DNA of 63,265 nucleotides, the filler included, from Choristocarpus tenellus KU-1152 (taxonomy: Eukaryota > Protista > Phaeophyceae), in assembly GCA_964200185.2 (NCBI GenBank). It is 12 parts of 12 records of this genome, joined end to end, with 100 filler letters (N's around TTAATTAATTAA, not from the genome) between each part and the next. Parts side by side here need not be neighbours in the genome. Positions count along the whole stretch, not along the records: positions 11,070 to 17,855 come from CAXNAD020007354.1; positions 17,956 to 21,015 come from CAXNAD020022611.1; positions 21,116 to 25,949 come from CAXNAD020012881.1; 9 more parts are not named here. One strand, 5' to 3'. A model generated the notes under the pieces. The model saw only the letters and a program-made list of their open reading frames with translations. It was not told where the DNA came from and made no database searches. Numbering within the stretch: position 1 is the first letter of the stretch; each line of letters opens with the position of its first letter. Both the position numbers and the translations under genes were made by a program. Of this stretch, positions 13,550-26,049 are shown piece after piece.

Positions 13550-13622
13550 GACTCTGTGGCGCAATGGTAGCGCGTCCGATTCCAGACCTGAAGGTTGCGA
13601 GTTCGAATCTCGTTTTTGGTCA
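13550..13622 (+). pseudogene. trnW: Degenerate tRNA-Trp(CCA) (pseudo-tRNA or SINE head)
   Basis: GACTCTGTGGCGCAATGGTAGCGCGTCCGATTCCAGACCTGAAGGTTGCGAGTTCGAATCTCG. A and B boxes and D and T arms are intact, but the anticodon stem has 2 mismatches and the acceptor stem 3' strand is disrupted. Confidence 0.8.
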
Positions 13623-14675
13623 TTTCCCTTTGTCTCAAGCAACATATATGGTAGATGAAATGTCTATCACTTGATTTTAATGTACTTGATTGTGGTCCTG
13701 CTATCATCTTCTCGTCTGCATTATTATACCCTTTGATCTAGTCATTAATCGATTTAGCCCGGGGAGTATAAATACCCTTGGTCAGAAACACTATATATAC
13801 ACTGCACTACTTCTCACACTACCCACTATACACCAACTTTTGTACTACTACTACAACTAATCGCATGATCTTCTTTCATGCCTTCCTTCTTTCCACGCCT
13901 TACTTTTCGCAAGTTAGGTTCAGCCATCTCATTGGTAATTGCTCTGCCTCCTCGCTTCTATCTTGTGCTAGACTTCCCTAAGCTTCGCCTGGCAATGAAA
14001 CCTTGCGGCCTCCTGTTGGGATCCTGCATTTTGTGTTGTAGTAACAGATGTTGGTGCGGTCCCGTCCTAGGTAGGGGGTGGCAGTGGCCATGGTTCTCTG
14101 GGCGCCCCTGTTAGTTGTAAGTATTTTTATCTTTCTTTTAAATTTTTTAGGTTATATTTTTTCTTTAGTAGTATGTTGTATTTTCTCAATTATTGTTACC
14201 ACATTTCCTCTGCCTTTTTATGAAGGGCTTGCGACCTGTCACACACCAAAGAATTATATTCTTCCTTAAAATGGGCGATGATATCCAGATCAGGTAAGAT
14301 ATGGTTGGATGTTCCGATCTGTGCAATGTTATTTGGGACAATTTAGGGGGAAGGTGGTAAAAAGTCAAGACTTCTCACCAGGTCTGCCAAATGGGAAGGT
14401 ACAAGTCTGTAGACTGGACTGGTTCTAATATTTTCTGACAAATCTAGAGCAGTTCGAAGTATTGTAACCTGTCCAGTCTGTGGGCCAGACAAGTCCCAAT
14501 ATATTCATACGTATTGGGACCCATCAAGCTTTGGATCCTTTCCATTTCTCGGGTCGGACAGGCTTCAACATTTTCTTACAAGTCAGGACAAGGGTCATGA
14601 AATATTCTAATCAGAGTCAGTCATGGGGTGGTCCGTGATCGAATTAAAATGTTAGATGGTACAATACTGTTACAG

Positions 14676-14798
14676 CACACTCCAGAAGCTTACCTCCACA
14701 GGATGTATAGCTCCAATCCACAAGCCTATAGAAATGCTGATGCTCGCGCGACCCTCTCGGGATACTTCAACACTCCAGAGGAGTCCATCGCACATCAG
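14676..14798 (+). CDS. Possible exon of an unknown small protein (may continue at 15716 and ~15905-16034)
   Basis: ttacag|HTPEAYLHRMYSSNPQAYRNADARATLSGYFNTPEESIAHQ|gttagt; 123 bp; no recognised homology. Confidence 0.35.
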
Positions 14799-15316
14799 GT
14801 TAGTCGAATGTCAGCTCAGCAGAACAGGGGTAATTTTCTCAGTCATTATCAGTATATGAATTTGGTATCGGAATTAAGAAAAGTGCTGAGAGGGGATTGA
14901 TTATCCGAGGCTCTTAATTATTTCTTTCTCATCGTCATTAACCGTTCATTTGTCTTGGCTAACAGAGGTTGGAATGCATCTGAAAACCGTTGCAACATTC
15001 CCAAGTTACAGATCTTACTCTCTCCAACCTTTAGCAAATCGGAATTAATCTTTATAAGGTTCCTTCGCGTGTACACGTGCTATTCGCCTGTAACAATACT
15101 GGTCAGATCTGATCCTGTTTAGTCTCGATCATATTGACAGGGGAATGAGTGACCGAAGGAATACATACACAGACAGCTGACATATACAGGTCAATAGCAT
15201 AAGCATTTAATATATTCGTAGACTATTATAGTTGTCTCTGTTTCTGAATCTCGCACAAGGTCACATTACCAGATGTGACATCACCGTTCTGTGATACATG
15301 TTGCGTTCTCGCAGAT

Positions 15317-15576
15317 GAGTCAAAGTATCTTAGAGGGTAGAGCCGCGTCCATTTGGGGGCCAAAATCCAATGTTGCGATTGTGATGTGATTTTGCCTATC
15401 GTGTTTGTTGGGAAGAGTCAATATCCATGTTCCAGAAACAACTTTTCAGAACATATACATTTTTAACTACTCCGAAACATTTTGGAGTAGGAAAATGCCA
15501 TAAAAGAACCCATGAGAAGCCAAGCCCCAAATGGACAAACGGGGCAAAACCCGTACCCTCTAAGATACTTTGACTC
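15317..15576 (+). mobile_element. MITE family A, full length
   Basis: 4-bp TSD AGAT. Confidence 0.92.
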
Positions 15577-16670
15577 AGATATAGGACTGGTTCACATTCT
15601 TCGCTTGGGCATGAAGGTTGCTTATGTGATGGAGAATGCCTCGAGAGCACAGAGCAAACTCACAGCTCAATCTCTTGAGTTCACTCTACTTTTCGTGTAC
15701 ACTTTAATACTACAGGACTATATGTATGTAAATCATCCCCGATCTTCCCTAACACAAGGTCGCAAGCACTTTCTCAGAGGACCGCGTTTGACTTACCACA
15801 TCAGTCTTGATTCGTGCTGCATTGTATTCAATCAGCCAAGTCTCGTCTTGGAGCGCGGCACCTCATTCTTCATACCTCAACAATCCAGTGCTTCATTGCA
15901 CTAGGTCAACCTTCGCTTCACAACACAACAGGCATCTTCACAGAGCATTCACCCTGAAGGACGACAACTTTGGTGCAATGGATTGGTCATCCACACGATA
16001 CAACAGGATAGATGAGCCTCACAAGAATCCCTGACAGAAACCAAGAAGCGCTGAGTTTTGTTGGCAGTAATGACCTCCAATTGTACAGCTAAGAGTGTCA
16101 AAGAGAGACCTGATGGAAAAATGTTCTCTATATTATTAAGTCCACTGGCATTTTGTTGGTGTATTAATGGGAGGGGGGGGGGGGGGGGGGGGGCTTTTTT
16201 TTTTTTTCAAAAGAGGTGGAATTTTACCTAAAAATAAATTTTTTTTTGGTGGGGCGTTNNNNNNNNNNTGTGGTTTGTGTGTGGGTGGGGGGGGGGGGGG
16301 GGGGGTGTGGGGGTCTGGCTTTCTTCTGATTTCAAAAGAGTTGGAATCTTACCTAATAATCAACTGATTTGTGGTCGGAGATATCGCCATAGAAGACGCT
16401 TGTCGATTTTTTTCCTGCTGCTCACCAATCAGAAATCGATGGCACCCAGCAGCCAGTACCTACGACGTCGTAGCGTGACTATATTCTTGAAGGGTGAGTG
16501 AGGCGATAGGCAGTAGTTAATAGAGAGCAGGGTCCTACTATGCAGTTGGTGGGTGCCAGTACCCACTATTCAAGGGCAAGTCGCATTGCAAATCGTATTT
16601 TCGCTAGGGATGTGAAAATGTGTTGCTAAATGGACTGGACTTGAGCGCTTAAATCCTGGATACGTTGCTA

Positions 16671-16797
16671 GGCTCAAAGTATCTGGGAGGGGGTGGCGGC
16701 TGTCCATTTGGGGNNNNNNNNNNTGCACTTTTCCTGATTTTGACCCAAATGGACACCCTGGTGTAGACCACCACCCCCCTCCCAGATACTTTGGGTC
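16671..16797 (+). mobile_element. MITE family B (internal N gap)
   Basis: GGCTCAAAGTATCTGGGAGG...CCTCCCAGATACTTTGGGTC; 3-bp TSD CTA. Confidence 0.88.
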
Positions 16798-17780
16798 CTA
16801 TTCAAAGGTGCCCAGAGCGGCGAAAATGAAGGTTGATTCAAACATGATTTCAGAAGGAGGTGGGTGTACAACAGGATGGTGGGAATAGGGATGGTGCTGG
16901 GAATGGACCAGAAATGACTTTCTTTGAATATTTTATTGACCTGCATTCCATAGGGAATTGGGTGCGTCAAAGGGAATCACAGAATCAGATACGAACACAA
17001 ACCATTCACGAGAGTAGAGTGGAGGGGTTGAGGGTTGAAGTCGAAATATAACTGTTTCGGTTTTGAATCAGGAAAAAGGATGTCAATTTCTACATGATCG
17101 AAGTTGATTAAGGAATGTACCTCGACGTAGTATGTGCATGTGAAATAATTGACTGAGCTTACGCGGTTGGATATTTGGGAGATCAGGTTAAGTTATGGGT
17201 TAGCACTGTGATTGGGTGAAGGTCTATTGCATTGCCAAGGTAGTAAGGTCTTCCTTTGTTTCGTACTTTTTTGTGGTCATTCCTGTGACGTACCGCCATT
17301 CATTTATTGAGGTTGGTCAATATGCTCATCTAGCCGAAAAACTTGCTAGTCTCCAGTATTTGCTGTCTTGTTGCAGTTCTATCCTTGAATACCCACTCGA
17401 ATTGAACTAAAGTAACTCGTCTATACTGAACACAAACTTAAAAAGACATGAATTTGACCACATATCTTACTCAAGACAAACAGACACAGAAGAAATACGA
17501 CACTAGACTCCCAAAACGGTATGATATATGCACTAAGAGTGCATATCATCGAATTTGTTTGAGGACTTGCGTCAAGAGACGAAGGGATAGTCGAATATTA
17601 ATGCAATTATATTCACATTGATATTTTTCAGTGTATCTCCGTTACAGAATTCTCACAAACTCCAAACCTACTTCGAAGTTCAAGGGGGAAGTCGGAAGTT
17701 GAATCGTCTCAGCATACGGAATGCGTTTTGTCTGTTATTCTAGACGTCGAGCACAAAATAAGAGTTCGAGCTTGTATTTG

Positions 17781-17855
17781 GGGTCAAAGTATCTGGGGGG
17801 GGTGTCGGCGTTCGTTTTTCACCCTTTTTTCGATTTTCACTTTTTTGGTGTGATT
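17781..17855 (+). mobile_element. MITE family B end, cut by gap
   Basis: GGGTCAAAGTATCTGGGGGGG. Confidence 0.6.
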
Positions 17856-18297
17856 NNNNNNNNNNNNNNNNNNNNNNNNNNNNNNNNNNNNNNNNNNNNT
17901 TAATTAATTAANNNNNNNNNNNNNNNNNNNNNNNNNNNNNNNNNNNNNNNNNNNNACCGAATGACAGAGCTGAAAACTCGGATTATTCGGGGGGGGGGTT
18001 TCTATACAACCAAAAGCGTGACTGAACATGTCAGGGGTCACATAAAACCAAACTACTCGCCACAAGGTGAGGTGTTGCTGATTACAACTCACCAGTCTCC
18101 TGAGACCTATCGAAACTTCGGAGTTTTTGCCCAGACGTACCACTTTCCAATTATTTCGTAATTGTCACTTCAATCCAACCAATTACATTTTTTCTGGTGG
18201 ATAATTCAATAAAATGCGTAGTATAATTGAAGATTACACACATAAAAATTAATTTCCCGTTTAACCCCCCCAATAATCCCGGACCCCTTCATTTGAG

Positions 18298-18585
18298 ATA
18301 TCCTGATAGTGATGAGGATAATGCGCGCAGTTATACACAATAAGCGCGCCACCTTTGGTCATGGAAACTAGGTGAAGTGATGGGGTGTGGGTCAGACGCA
18401 TGACCGGCTTGGAGTAACCCCTACATGAACGGTGGATTCAAACCACCCAAGACCGAGATAGTGTTTTCTGTTCATTGATCCACATGTCAATGTACGCCCT
18501 CATGCCTCAGTCCCATCTTTCATTTCCTTCATGAAAATCATATATGGTGGTTCCCATCACTCCCCATCATACAGAACCAAGTCCT
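18298..18585 (+). repeat. Dispersed repeat, copy 2 of 13178-13509
   Basis: Colinear similarity with copy 1. Confidence 0.75.
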
Positions 18586-19784
18586 ACAACATATCATTCC
18601 ATCTGACATTTGTAGATGCGTGAGGAAGAAAGGGGAGAAATACCTAACCTAGCGGATTTATAGTAGTACTGGAAAGAAAATAAGAGGGCAGCTTATTCGG
18701 AAATTTCCAGTTGATGTCCAGATTGAATATTGGAACTCGGTGGACCAGCATGATGCTATGTGTTTACCCTCAAATGCTTGTTATTATGAGGTTGTCCGCA
18801 TACCTCGTGTGGTTGTCCTCCCACATTCCATTAAGTGAGAGCGTATGTCCCATTCCGTGTGTTGCAGACACCAGATTTTCTTTGGAGTAATTCTGACTTC
18901 AATGGACCATGTATGTTACCGCCTTCTCCTGAAACCACAAAAAGGGAAATGCGGAAAGATTTGGATCTTCTTGGCGTAGATTCGTTGCAGACGAAGATTC
19001 GTTGCAGACGAAGTTTAAACAAGCATGAGATTTGTGGAGGAGGCAGTGGGATGGTTGAACCCAACGCGATTATTTTTTAATGAAGACGCACAGAGGGCAG
19101 TGCAGTTAGTTGTAGTACAAGAGGCAGGCAGTTCGTAGGGTAGAACAAATAGTGCAGTTGACAATGCCATCCCACCACGGGTCAATGGCCGTGGTACGGT
19201 GGAGGTAGTGGAGAAGTTTTCCCGACTGAAAGTTAGGATGTGTCATGGGAGGGAAAAGGCAGACCAAAACAGAAAAATATATACATGCGTGAGTTAGATA
19301 ATAGCAACTTGGTGGGTTGACTTTCCCTTGTTATCAAACCAATGTTATGTAGGGAATGAGGGGGTGAGATGAGATGCAATTCAAGGGTTGGCGTTGTGAT
19401 TTGAATTTCAATTTTCAGAAAACGTTTTTGGCGAGGAGGCGTAATAATCTGTCTCGGACGCTATCTTGCTAGGTACTATATAGCTACCATAATAATAGTG
19501 AGTGTGACAGATTTTCATCTTCGCTAAGAATATAAAAAATATGTTTTAGAATGACCAAAGACGATGTGTACACTCGCAAAAAAAATCGATGTAATGGAGG
19601 GATAACGTCGTACTGTACACGAAGGTACGCCGTAGCAAGTTGTGTTCATATATCAACTAGTGTACAGAACGCCTCTCCGTTTTGACCTGTGGTTGTACTT
19701 GACGCATTACTGACATCGACATGTCCAACAGGGCCTTCTCTTCACGACGATCCCGTTGATGACCACCACACACTCTGATTTTTT

Positions 19785-20017
19785 ATTTTTGCCCTGTTTG
19801 TCCATTTGGGACTTGACTTCCCTCGGGGTTTTTATAAAATTTTCCCACTCCGAAATAATTTCGGAGTAGGTAGAATATATACGTTATGAAAACGTGCGTC
19901 CGGAACAAGGATATTGACACTTCCTAACAAACACAATAGCCAAAATTACATCGAAATCGGAACATTGGATTTTGACCCCAAATGGACGCGGCTCTACCCT
20001 CTAAGATACTTCGGCTC
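19785..20017 (-). mobile_element. MITE family A, one TIR truncated
   Basis: Ends CCCTCTAAGATACTTCGGCTC. Confidence 0.85.
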
Positions 20018-20189
20018 TGAACCACGCCACCACAGGATCATACGATTCGCATTATGCATGTGTGTGTGTGTGTGTGTGTGGATACACAATGTTGCTGCTT
20101 CAGTCTTCAGGTGGTATCCTTTCTGCTGCCTTTCTTTGCAGCCTCCCATGCATCCACCTTCATATAGGTGTGCAAAGGAAGGCAAGGAG

Positions 20190-20880
20190 CTGCAAATAAC
20201 CCGGATCCAGCCTCTTCGTTTCTATGTCACATTATCGCCACTGTTGAAGAACATGCATTCCGAGTCTGCTTGTTGTTGTGTGTATGTAGTAGGAATGGCC
20301 AAATTGCGGTAGGCAAATCTTGCCAGGTACGGAAATTTTGAGCATCTTTCCCGCCACCACTGGTTGAGTGGATTGTTGTAAGCTCCACTTTCTGTATCAA
20401 TTGTTGGGAGCCCTCCTCCTGTAATCTTGAAGGCATCAACCTCTACATTTGTTGCTTCCTCCATGTGCTCCCTGGCCGTGTGTGTGCTCCAATATCCACG
20501 TATTGCAAGGGAAGCTCTTACGAGCCCATTGTGTCATTTATGGGAGGGCTGGCCCGCTCATGACGGACAACATTTGGATGGGCTTGGTTTCACGACAGCG
20601 CTATTCTCTACCTCCCGTGGTCTGTGCTCCCTCTCCACAGTGCCTAGAGCTTCCAACTTCATCTGCCTACAAAAATCTTCATCGTGCTAATTCTCAGGAA
20701 CCCTGTGAGGGTTTTGGATGTGGGGTCCAGATCAATAGCGAGGACGTGCTTCTCCTTAAACCCTCTGGGCTGGCTTTTCTCACCCTCAGAGTAATGGGCA
20801 GTATTCCACTCTGTACCGAAGCGTCCACAAAATCAGATAACCTTTAACCTACTTGCGCACTAGGACACGACATTTTTAGT
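20190..20880 (-). pseudogene. hAT transposase C-terminal remnant (dimerisation domain)
   Basis: PLNQWWRERCSKFPYLARFAYRNLAIPTT..ADSECMFFNSG resembles hATC PL.WW..FP.L..LA...L.IPAT.A.SER.FS; upstream AIDLDPTSKTL resembles A..LDPR.K.L; frameshifted. Confidence 0.8.
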
Positions 20881-20950
20881 TTCCACCTGTTCAAGGGTGG
20901 TAGCTGAAGGCGCTGTAGGCTTGCACTGCTTTTCCAGCTCCACTCATACA

Positions 20951-21015
20951 GACTCAAAGTATCTGGGAGGGGGTGGCGGCTGTCCATTTGGGGTCAATTT
21001 GTTTTTGTCGCGATT
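20951..21015 (+). mobile_element. MITE family B end, cut by gap
   Basis: GACTCAAAGTATCTGGGAGGGGGTGGCGGCTGTCCATTTGGGG. Confidence 0.8.
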
Positions 21016-21658
21016 NNNNNNNNNNNNNNNNNNNNNNNNNNNNNNNNNNNNNNNNNNNNTTAATTAATTAANNNNNNNNNNNNNNNNNNNNNNNNNNNNN
21101 NNNNNNNNNNNNNNNTGGTGTTTGGTGTCAATTTCTCGTTCAGTTGTTAAGGGGGCTGTACCCTGGATCAATTTTGTGGCTTTGAACCCCATCTATATCA
21201 GACTTATTTTTCTGGAATTCTTGTTTCGATCCTAAGCCCACGTAGCAACAACTATGGATTGTGCAGCTGTACTCTTCTATCCATCCTACGCCCCAAAATA
21301 TACTTTCCAAGGAATGATGGCGAAAGGTTTCATTGCAGAGCAATGCTGAGACCAATACAGCACAAGATTCGAGGGAGGAAGTAGAGTGACAAAGTGGTGG
21401 GACGACCAAACCCAACTTGTGATAATCAAGGCAAACGGGGGTAATATAAGTAATTGTTGTACAGAAGTCAGTTACAGTAGTTAGTATGAGATGTACTCCA
21501 GTGTGTTGTGCTTCTGACCACGTGTGGGGATAGTCTCCACAGATCAAAATGAGGGAAGCTTAATAAATAATATGACGACTCATATTTGAATAAAAACATG
21601 ATACTGTATGATTGATCGCGTTACGGATAGTAAGCAAACTATAACGATGCCAAGGGTA

Positions 21659-21730
21659 AGGTCCTACCGAGACTCGAACTCGGGGCGTGAGATTCAGAGT
21701 CTCAAGTGTTACCGACTACACCATAAGACC
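21659..21730 (-). tRNA. trnQ: tRNA-Gln (anticodon CTG)
   Basis: GGTCTTATGGTGTAGTCGGTAACACTTGAGACTCTGAATCTCACGCCCCGAGTTCGAGTCTCGGTAGGACCT. All four stems pair: GGTCTTA/TAGGACC, GTGT/ACAC, TGAGA/TCTCA, CCGAG/CTCGG. Confidence 0.93.
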
Positions 21731-23477
21731 TAACTCTACAATAAATTCTTCAAGAACACTCAACATGACCTACGAACACGCCTTCGAGAAAACACCTACT
21801 TCTAATGCTACATACATACATACATATACTATTATTAAGCCCTATAACATTTTGTACACGTGCCACGGAAAAGGCGATCTTGATAATCAAAGATCATTCT
21901 GGTCGCCAAAGGAGCTCGAGGAGTAGTACGTAGTGAAGAGCGTTTGAAACGCAAAATCTGCATCCATAGAACGGTACAGTTGATAGTTATATCTATCGCC
22001 AATGACAGCTGAATTGTCAACAAATGGAGCAACAACGTATATTGGAAGGGACGGGTGAGTTGTGTCAGGGTGTCTGTGGAAGTTTTGCAGTGCTTTTATC
22101 ACCAGGTTTGATGCATACTCCTCCTGAAACTATAATCCAGTGGAGGGAGGAAGTGTGGTGAAGATGTTGCCAGTGTGTCATCACAGAAGAACCTCCTCGT
22201 CTTGTGCTATCATCCCTTCCGGCTAACTCGGTACACGACAAAACCACTTGATGGTCGCCTGGAAGAAGCTTGGAATACGAATGCTTCATAGACAAAAGCA
22301 CAAAGAAAAGACTCCACATAGAGTAAACTGATTTGAGATTAGTCGTAAGAAGCTGCAACCCACCATGGATGAGAATATGTATCTCAATGAGTCAAATCTG
22401 ACCTAAGAGAGGGTAGCAAGCTGTAAATATCACCACACAAACTGAACAACATGCAAGTATGGCAATATGTATACATAGAGCTCTATACCTCAACCTCGCT
22501 GCCAATTGATGCACGTAAGTGATGCATACACCTAGATTGGAGAGGGGAGTGACCCCAAATTGGAACCGATCTATGGACGTGCAGGGCTTATGGTAGGGGC
22601 AATGATGCCACCAACTCGAGCGGGCCGTGACCGATTGGCTGTAGCCTTTATCTGTCCAGTTTCAAAGAGGAGCCCCGTCTCCTAAGCTTTTCACTTGAGG
22701 GCACAACAAGCAAGCGCACAAGGATGCACAAACTACACCTACCTGCGAACTGTTGACTACTCCTTATGCATATCTTTTTATGATAGAGAGATATAGACCT
22801 GATGACCCCTTACATGTTCATTTCTCCTATAAAGGACTACAAATAGTACTGTTGTTTTCCATTTTGAAAAAAAATCTCGATGCTGGTGGAGAGAAACGAC
22901 GAAAAAAAGCATGTTTGAGGTCACCTGATAAGTAGTATTGTACGGAAAACTAGGCTGAGTATGTGTGTTGTCTCCTATTTGAGGTTGGTCTGGTTCTGGA
23001 GTAAAATATAAAAACAGATCCAGTGAGATACGACTTGTTTTCAAACTCTAGAGAAACTTCTTGGAGATGTATGTGTGATGCGGTCCACATCAACGAACAT
23101 ACCATTGGACGTCTGGGTTCAATTCAAGGTAACGTGACGTCATTTTCGTTTCGTCAAAAAATCGTAATATTTCGGATCGCGTTGGAGACTATCATGGGTA
23201 GTAAATGTGTTGCGGTTTCAGATTCCTTGTTCAAAAAAGTGGATCTGGATTCCATGGCTCATGTCTCAACTTCCAGTTCCAAAACCTCAGCAAGTTATTG
23301 CCCCGCAGTTGTATTCGGCAGCCCAAGCAGATTAGGGACCGTGCACACTCACCACTGCCTGCTGAATGTTGTTTTCCTATTCAGTCTTTCCTTTTGATTA
23401 GTTGTCCTTGAGCTCTTCTTTCCTTCGATTGATATGTATGATATGTGATGGGCGCTGTTCGGATTGGATGGATCGGG

Positions 23478-25949
23478 TGTGACACTAAAATTTCCTTTAT
23501 TCTCAAAGTACAGCATAGTTGATGGTGTCTATAGACAGTTCAACCACAAGAACTGATCTATGATGGCATGTAAGGACTCCGCCCCACATTGGGACTTACA
23601 GCTCGGTTATGTGTTAAAGGAGTGAGCATAGATCCAGTCAAGGATCACATATGCTCCAAACATGAAATAATGCAAACGCCTCATCTATGGTAGGAAAACC
23701 CTCCATGCTGTGTCTACAACACTCCCAGAGCCAAGCATGTTACCAACAATAGCAAAACTGCCAGCTTGGCAAAGAACAGCATACAATATCCAACTCAAAT
23801 GTCAATCTTGTATTGCCTCCTAATCGCATTGCGCACTTGAGCATGCAACTTCAGTTTCTTCAACTGTTTACATAGAAAGACAGGGACATCCTCTAAAATG
23901 GAAGAGAGTGTCTCACATGTCCTCTCGTCCTCACTTAACTCCAACCAATCCAACAAAACCTGGTATTCATATCCTACTACCCTGCGCACTGCCAGAATAT
24001 CCGACCTTTCAAATTCCCCCCGGTTCTGCATGTATTGGAATGTTGGCTTTATCTCTGTGGTCGCGTTCAGCTCCTTGTCTGCATGGAACCACAACCTCTT
24101 TAGCCGCTGCACCATTGCTGCTCTGCAACGATGCCCAGCTTTGCCCATGTATGCACACACCATCAGGCGTGTCCACAGATCCTTTGCCATATCAGGTATC
24201 CATGGTGGGGCTGTAACCTCAGCACCCACCTGCATCATGCCATCCTGGTCATGATGTACACGGCCAGCAGAGGTCATAAATCCTCCGCTTTCATGCACCA
24301 TCACACCCCCTAGGGCCTTGCTGGCCACTAGTTATGCCTAATGCTCCGCCGCTCTGGATGGCAGGGTGTCCTCTCCATGCGCCTCCGTAGACATAGCTAC
24401 AGCTCGCACCGCCACTTCATTCACCGTGGGTCAGTGTAGCTGTGGTCCCTTGAAAGAAATCCTCAGGAATCCCAGCAGCTCATGGCTCATATTTTCCACT
24501 GCAACGCCCGCATTCAGCTCCAACTGAGGGATCTGTGTAACAAAACACCCCCAGTACTTGTCAGAGGCGTCTGGAGACATCAGCACTGCCCACTCCTCCG
24601 TGGGGTGTGAGAGCTCCACCGCCTGTGAGACAAGGTTCACCGCGCTGAAATCCGTCACCAGCCAGTAGCCCCGCCCCTCAGGCTTGGAGTGAAAGCATCT
24701 TAGAGGGTACGAGTTTTGCCCTGTTTGTCCATTTCGGGCTTGGCTTCCCGTGCTTTTTAATATGACATTTTCCTACTCCAAAATGTTTCAGGGTAGGTAA
24801 AATGTATACGTCATGAAAAGGTGTTTCCGGAACAAGGATATATTGACTCTTTAAAATTAATAAGATAGCCAAAATTATATAAAAGTTGCCACATTGGAGT
24901 TTCGTTCCCAAATAGACGTGGCTGTACCCACTAAGATAGTTTGCCTCTTGGGCAAAGGCAATGATGGGTTGCTCCATACATCCTGTGGGATCCACCTCAG
25001 CATCCCCAGTACGACCAGCAGGCCCACAAATCCTGCCATCCAGCTGTGTTGCTCTGGATGGGACGCCCTGGGTTGGGCCTTCACATGAGTTGCCCCTTCC
25101 TTCAGCATCACCTGTATGGGCTTCACCTTGGCAGGCGGGTCACCCCCCGAGAATACCCGGAACACATTGGTCCGGGTTGGTATCACTTGCTGTAGGCGCC
25201 CCCAGGCACCCAAGGGTATCCCGGCCCGTTGTACCTTTTGAAAGGAAGTTTCTAAGACCAAGCCTCGTTTTTTTCCCTCTTCTGCATGGTCCATCATGAG
25301 CTCAGGGCCTTGTTCCAGTAGTGTAAGGATGGAGTCATCGCCTCTGTCCAGATGAGCCGTCCCCATGCTCTTCTCCATCACCTCCACGCTAACACTCATA
25401 CGCTGCATAGAAGTAAAACCCTGTTCCAGATCTGCGATGTGCAGTTCTGTCTTCCTTCGGGCCGCTTCCTCGAAAAATTGCCTCATTTCAAAACCTAACA
25501 CATCCCGCAATGTCTTGCTGCCCACGATTAACACATCATCATGAACCCTCTCATTGACCCTCACTGCCCTGCCACTCGTACTCCCACTCCCAGTGCCTTG
25601 CCTTAACTCGGTAGCAGGCTGTGGAGCTAACCCCTGCTGGCTCCTTGTACCTTGGGCTGCACCTAGACGGCTTGTTCCTCCCCCTACACTTGAGGGTTGC
25701 TGTCTGGCACCCCCGGGTTGTTGTCTTGACCCTGGTCCAGATCCCCTCCCAGGGTCTGTACCTCTACCACGATGCTGTGGGTACCCCTGCTGCTGATGCT
25801 GTGGGTACCCCTAGCCCTGCTGCTGATGCTGCTGCTCCTTCCGGATTCCAACCAGCAAGCTTTGGCATTGAGCATGTTTATGCCCAACGTTAAAGTATCC
25901 CCAAAATCATCAAAGAACATAAAGGTGATAAACCTGGCGAGATTGCTTG
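23478..25949 (-). mobile_element. Internally deleted Ty3/Gypsy LTR retrotransposon with chromodomain-like C-terminus
   Basis: In order: Q/G-rich gag tail, protease end (DDVLIVGSKTLRDVLG), RT start (GDPPAKVKPI..WSNPSLPLPK|PEGRGYWLVTDFSAVN), RNase H (PDASDKYWGCFVTQ..HELLGFL), integrase Zn part (RLMVCAYMGKAGHR), chromo-like (YQVLLDWLELSEDERTCETLSSILEDVP). Candidate 3' LTR at 23718-23478 (TGT..ACA) is less certain. Confidence 0.85.
24687..24947 (-). mobile_element. MITE family A inserted in the Gypsy RT
   Basis: 3-bp TSD TTG; removing the element restores the in-frame LPKPEG. Confidence 0.9.
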
Positions 25950-26049
25950 NNNNNNNNNNNNNNNNNNNNNNNNNNNNNNNNNNNNNNNNNNNNTTAATTA
26001 ATTAANNNNNNNNNNNNNNNNNNNNNNNNNNNNNNNNNNNNNNNNNNNN

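Noticed and set aside
16167-16330. Poly-G/poly-T tracts as G-quadruplex or Gly-rich ORFs (also 8261-8400, 40503-40524, 55676-55755)
   Set aside because: They lie next to N gaps and look like low-quality read ends or garbled MITE B sequence.
20190-20880. hAT, mariner or Tc1 fragments as the autonomous partner of MITE A/B
   Set aside because: Their expected TSDs (8 bp or TA) do not match the observed 3/4-bp non-TA TSDs; adjacency is explained by nesting.
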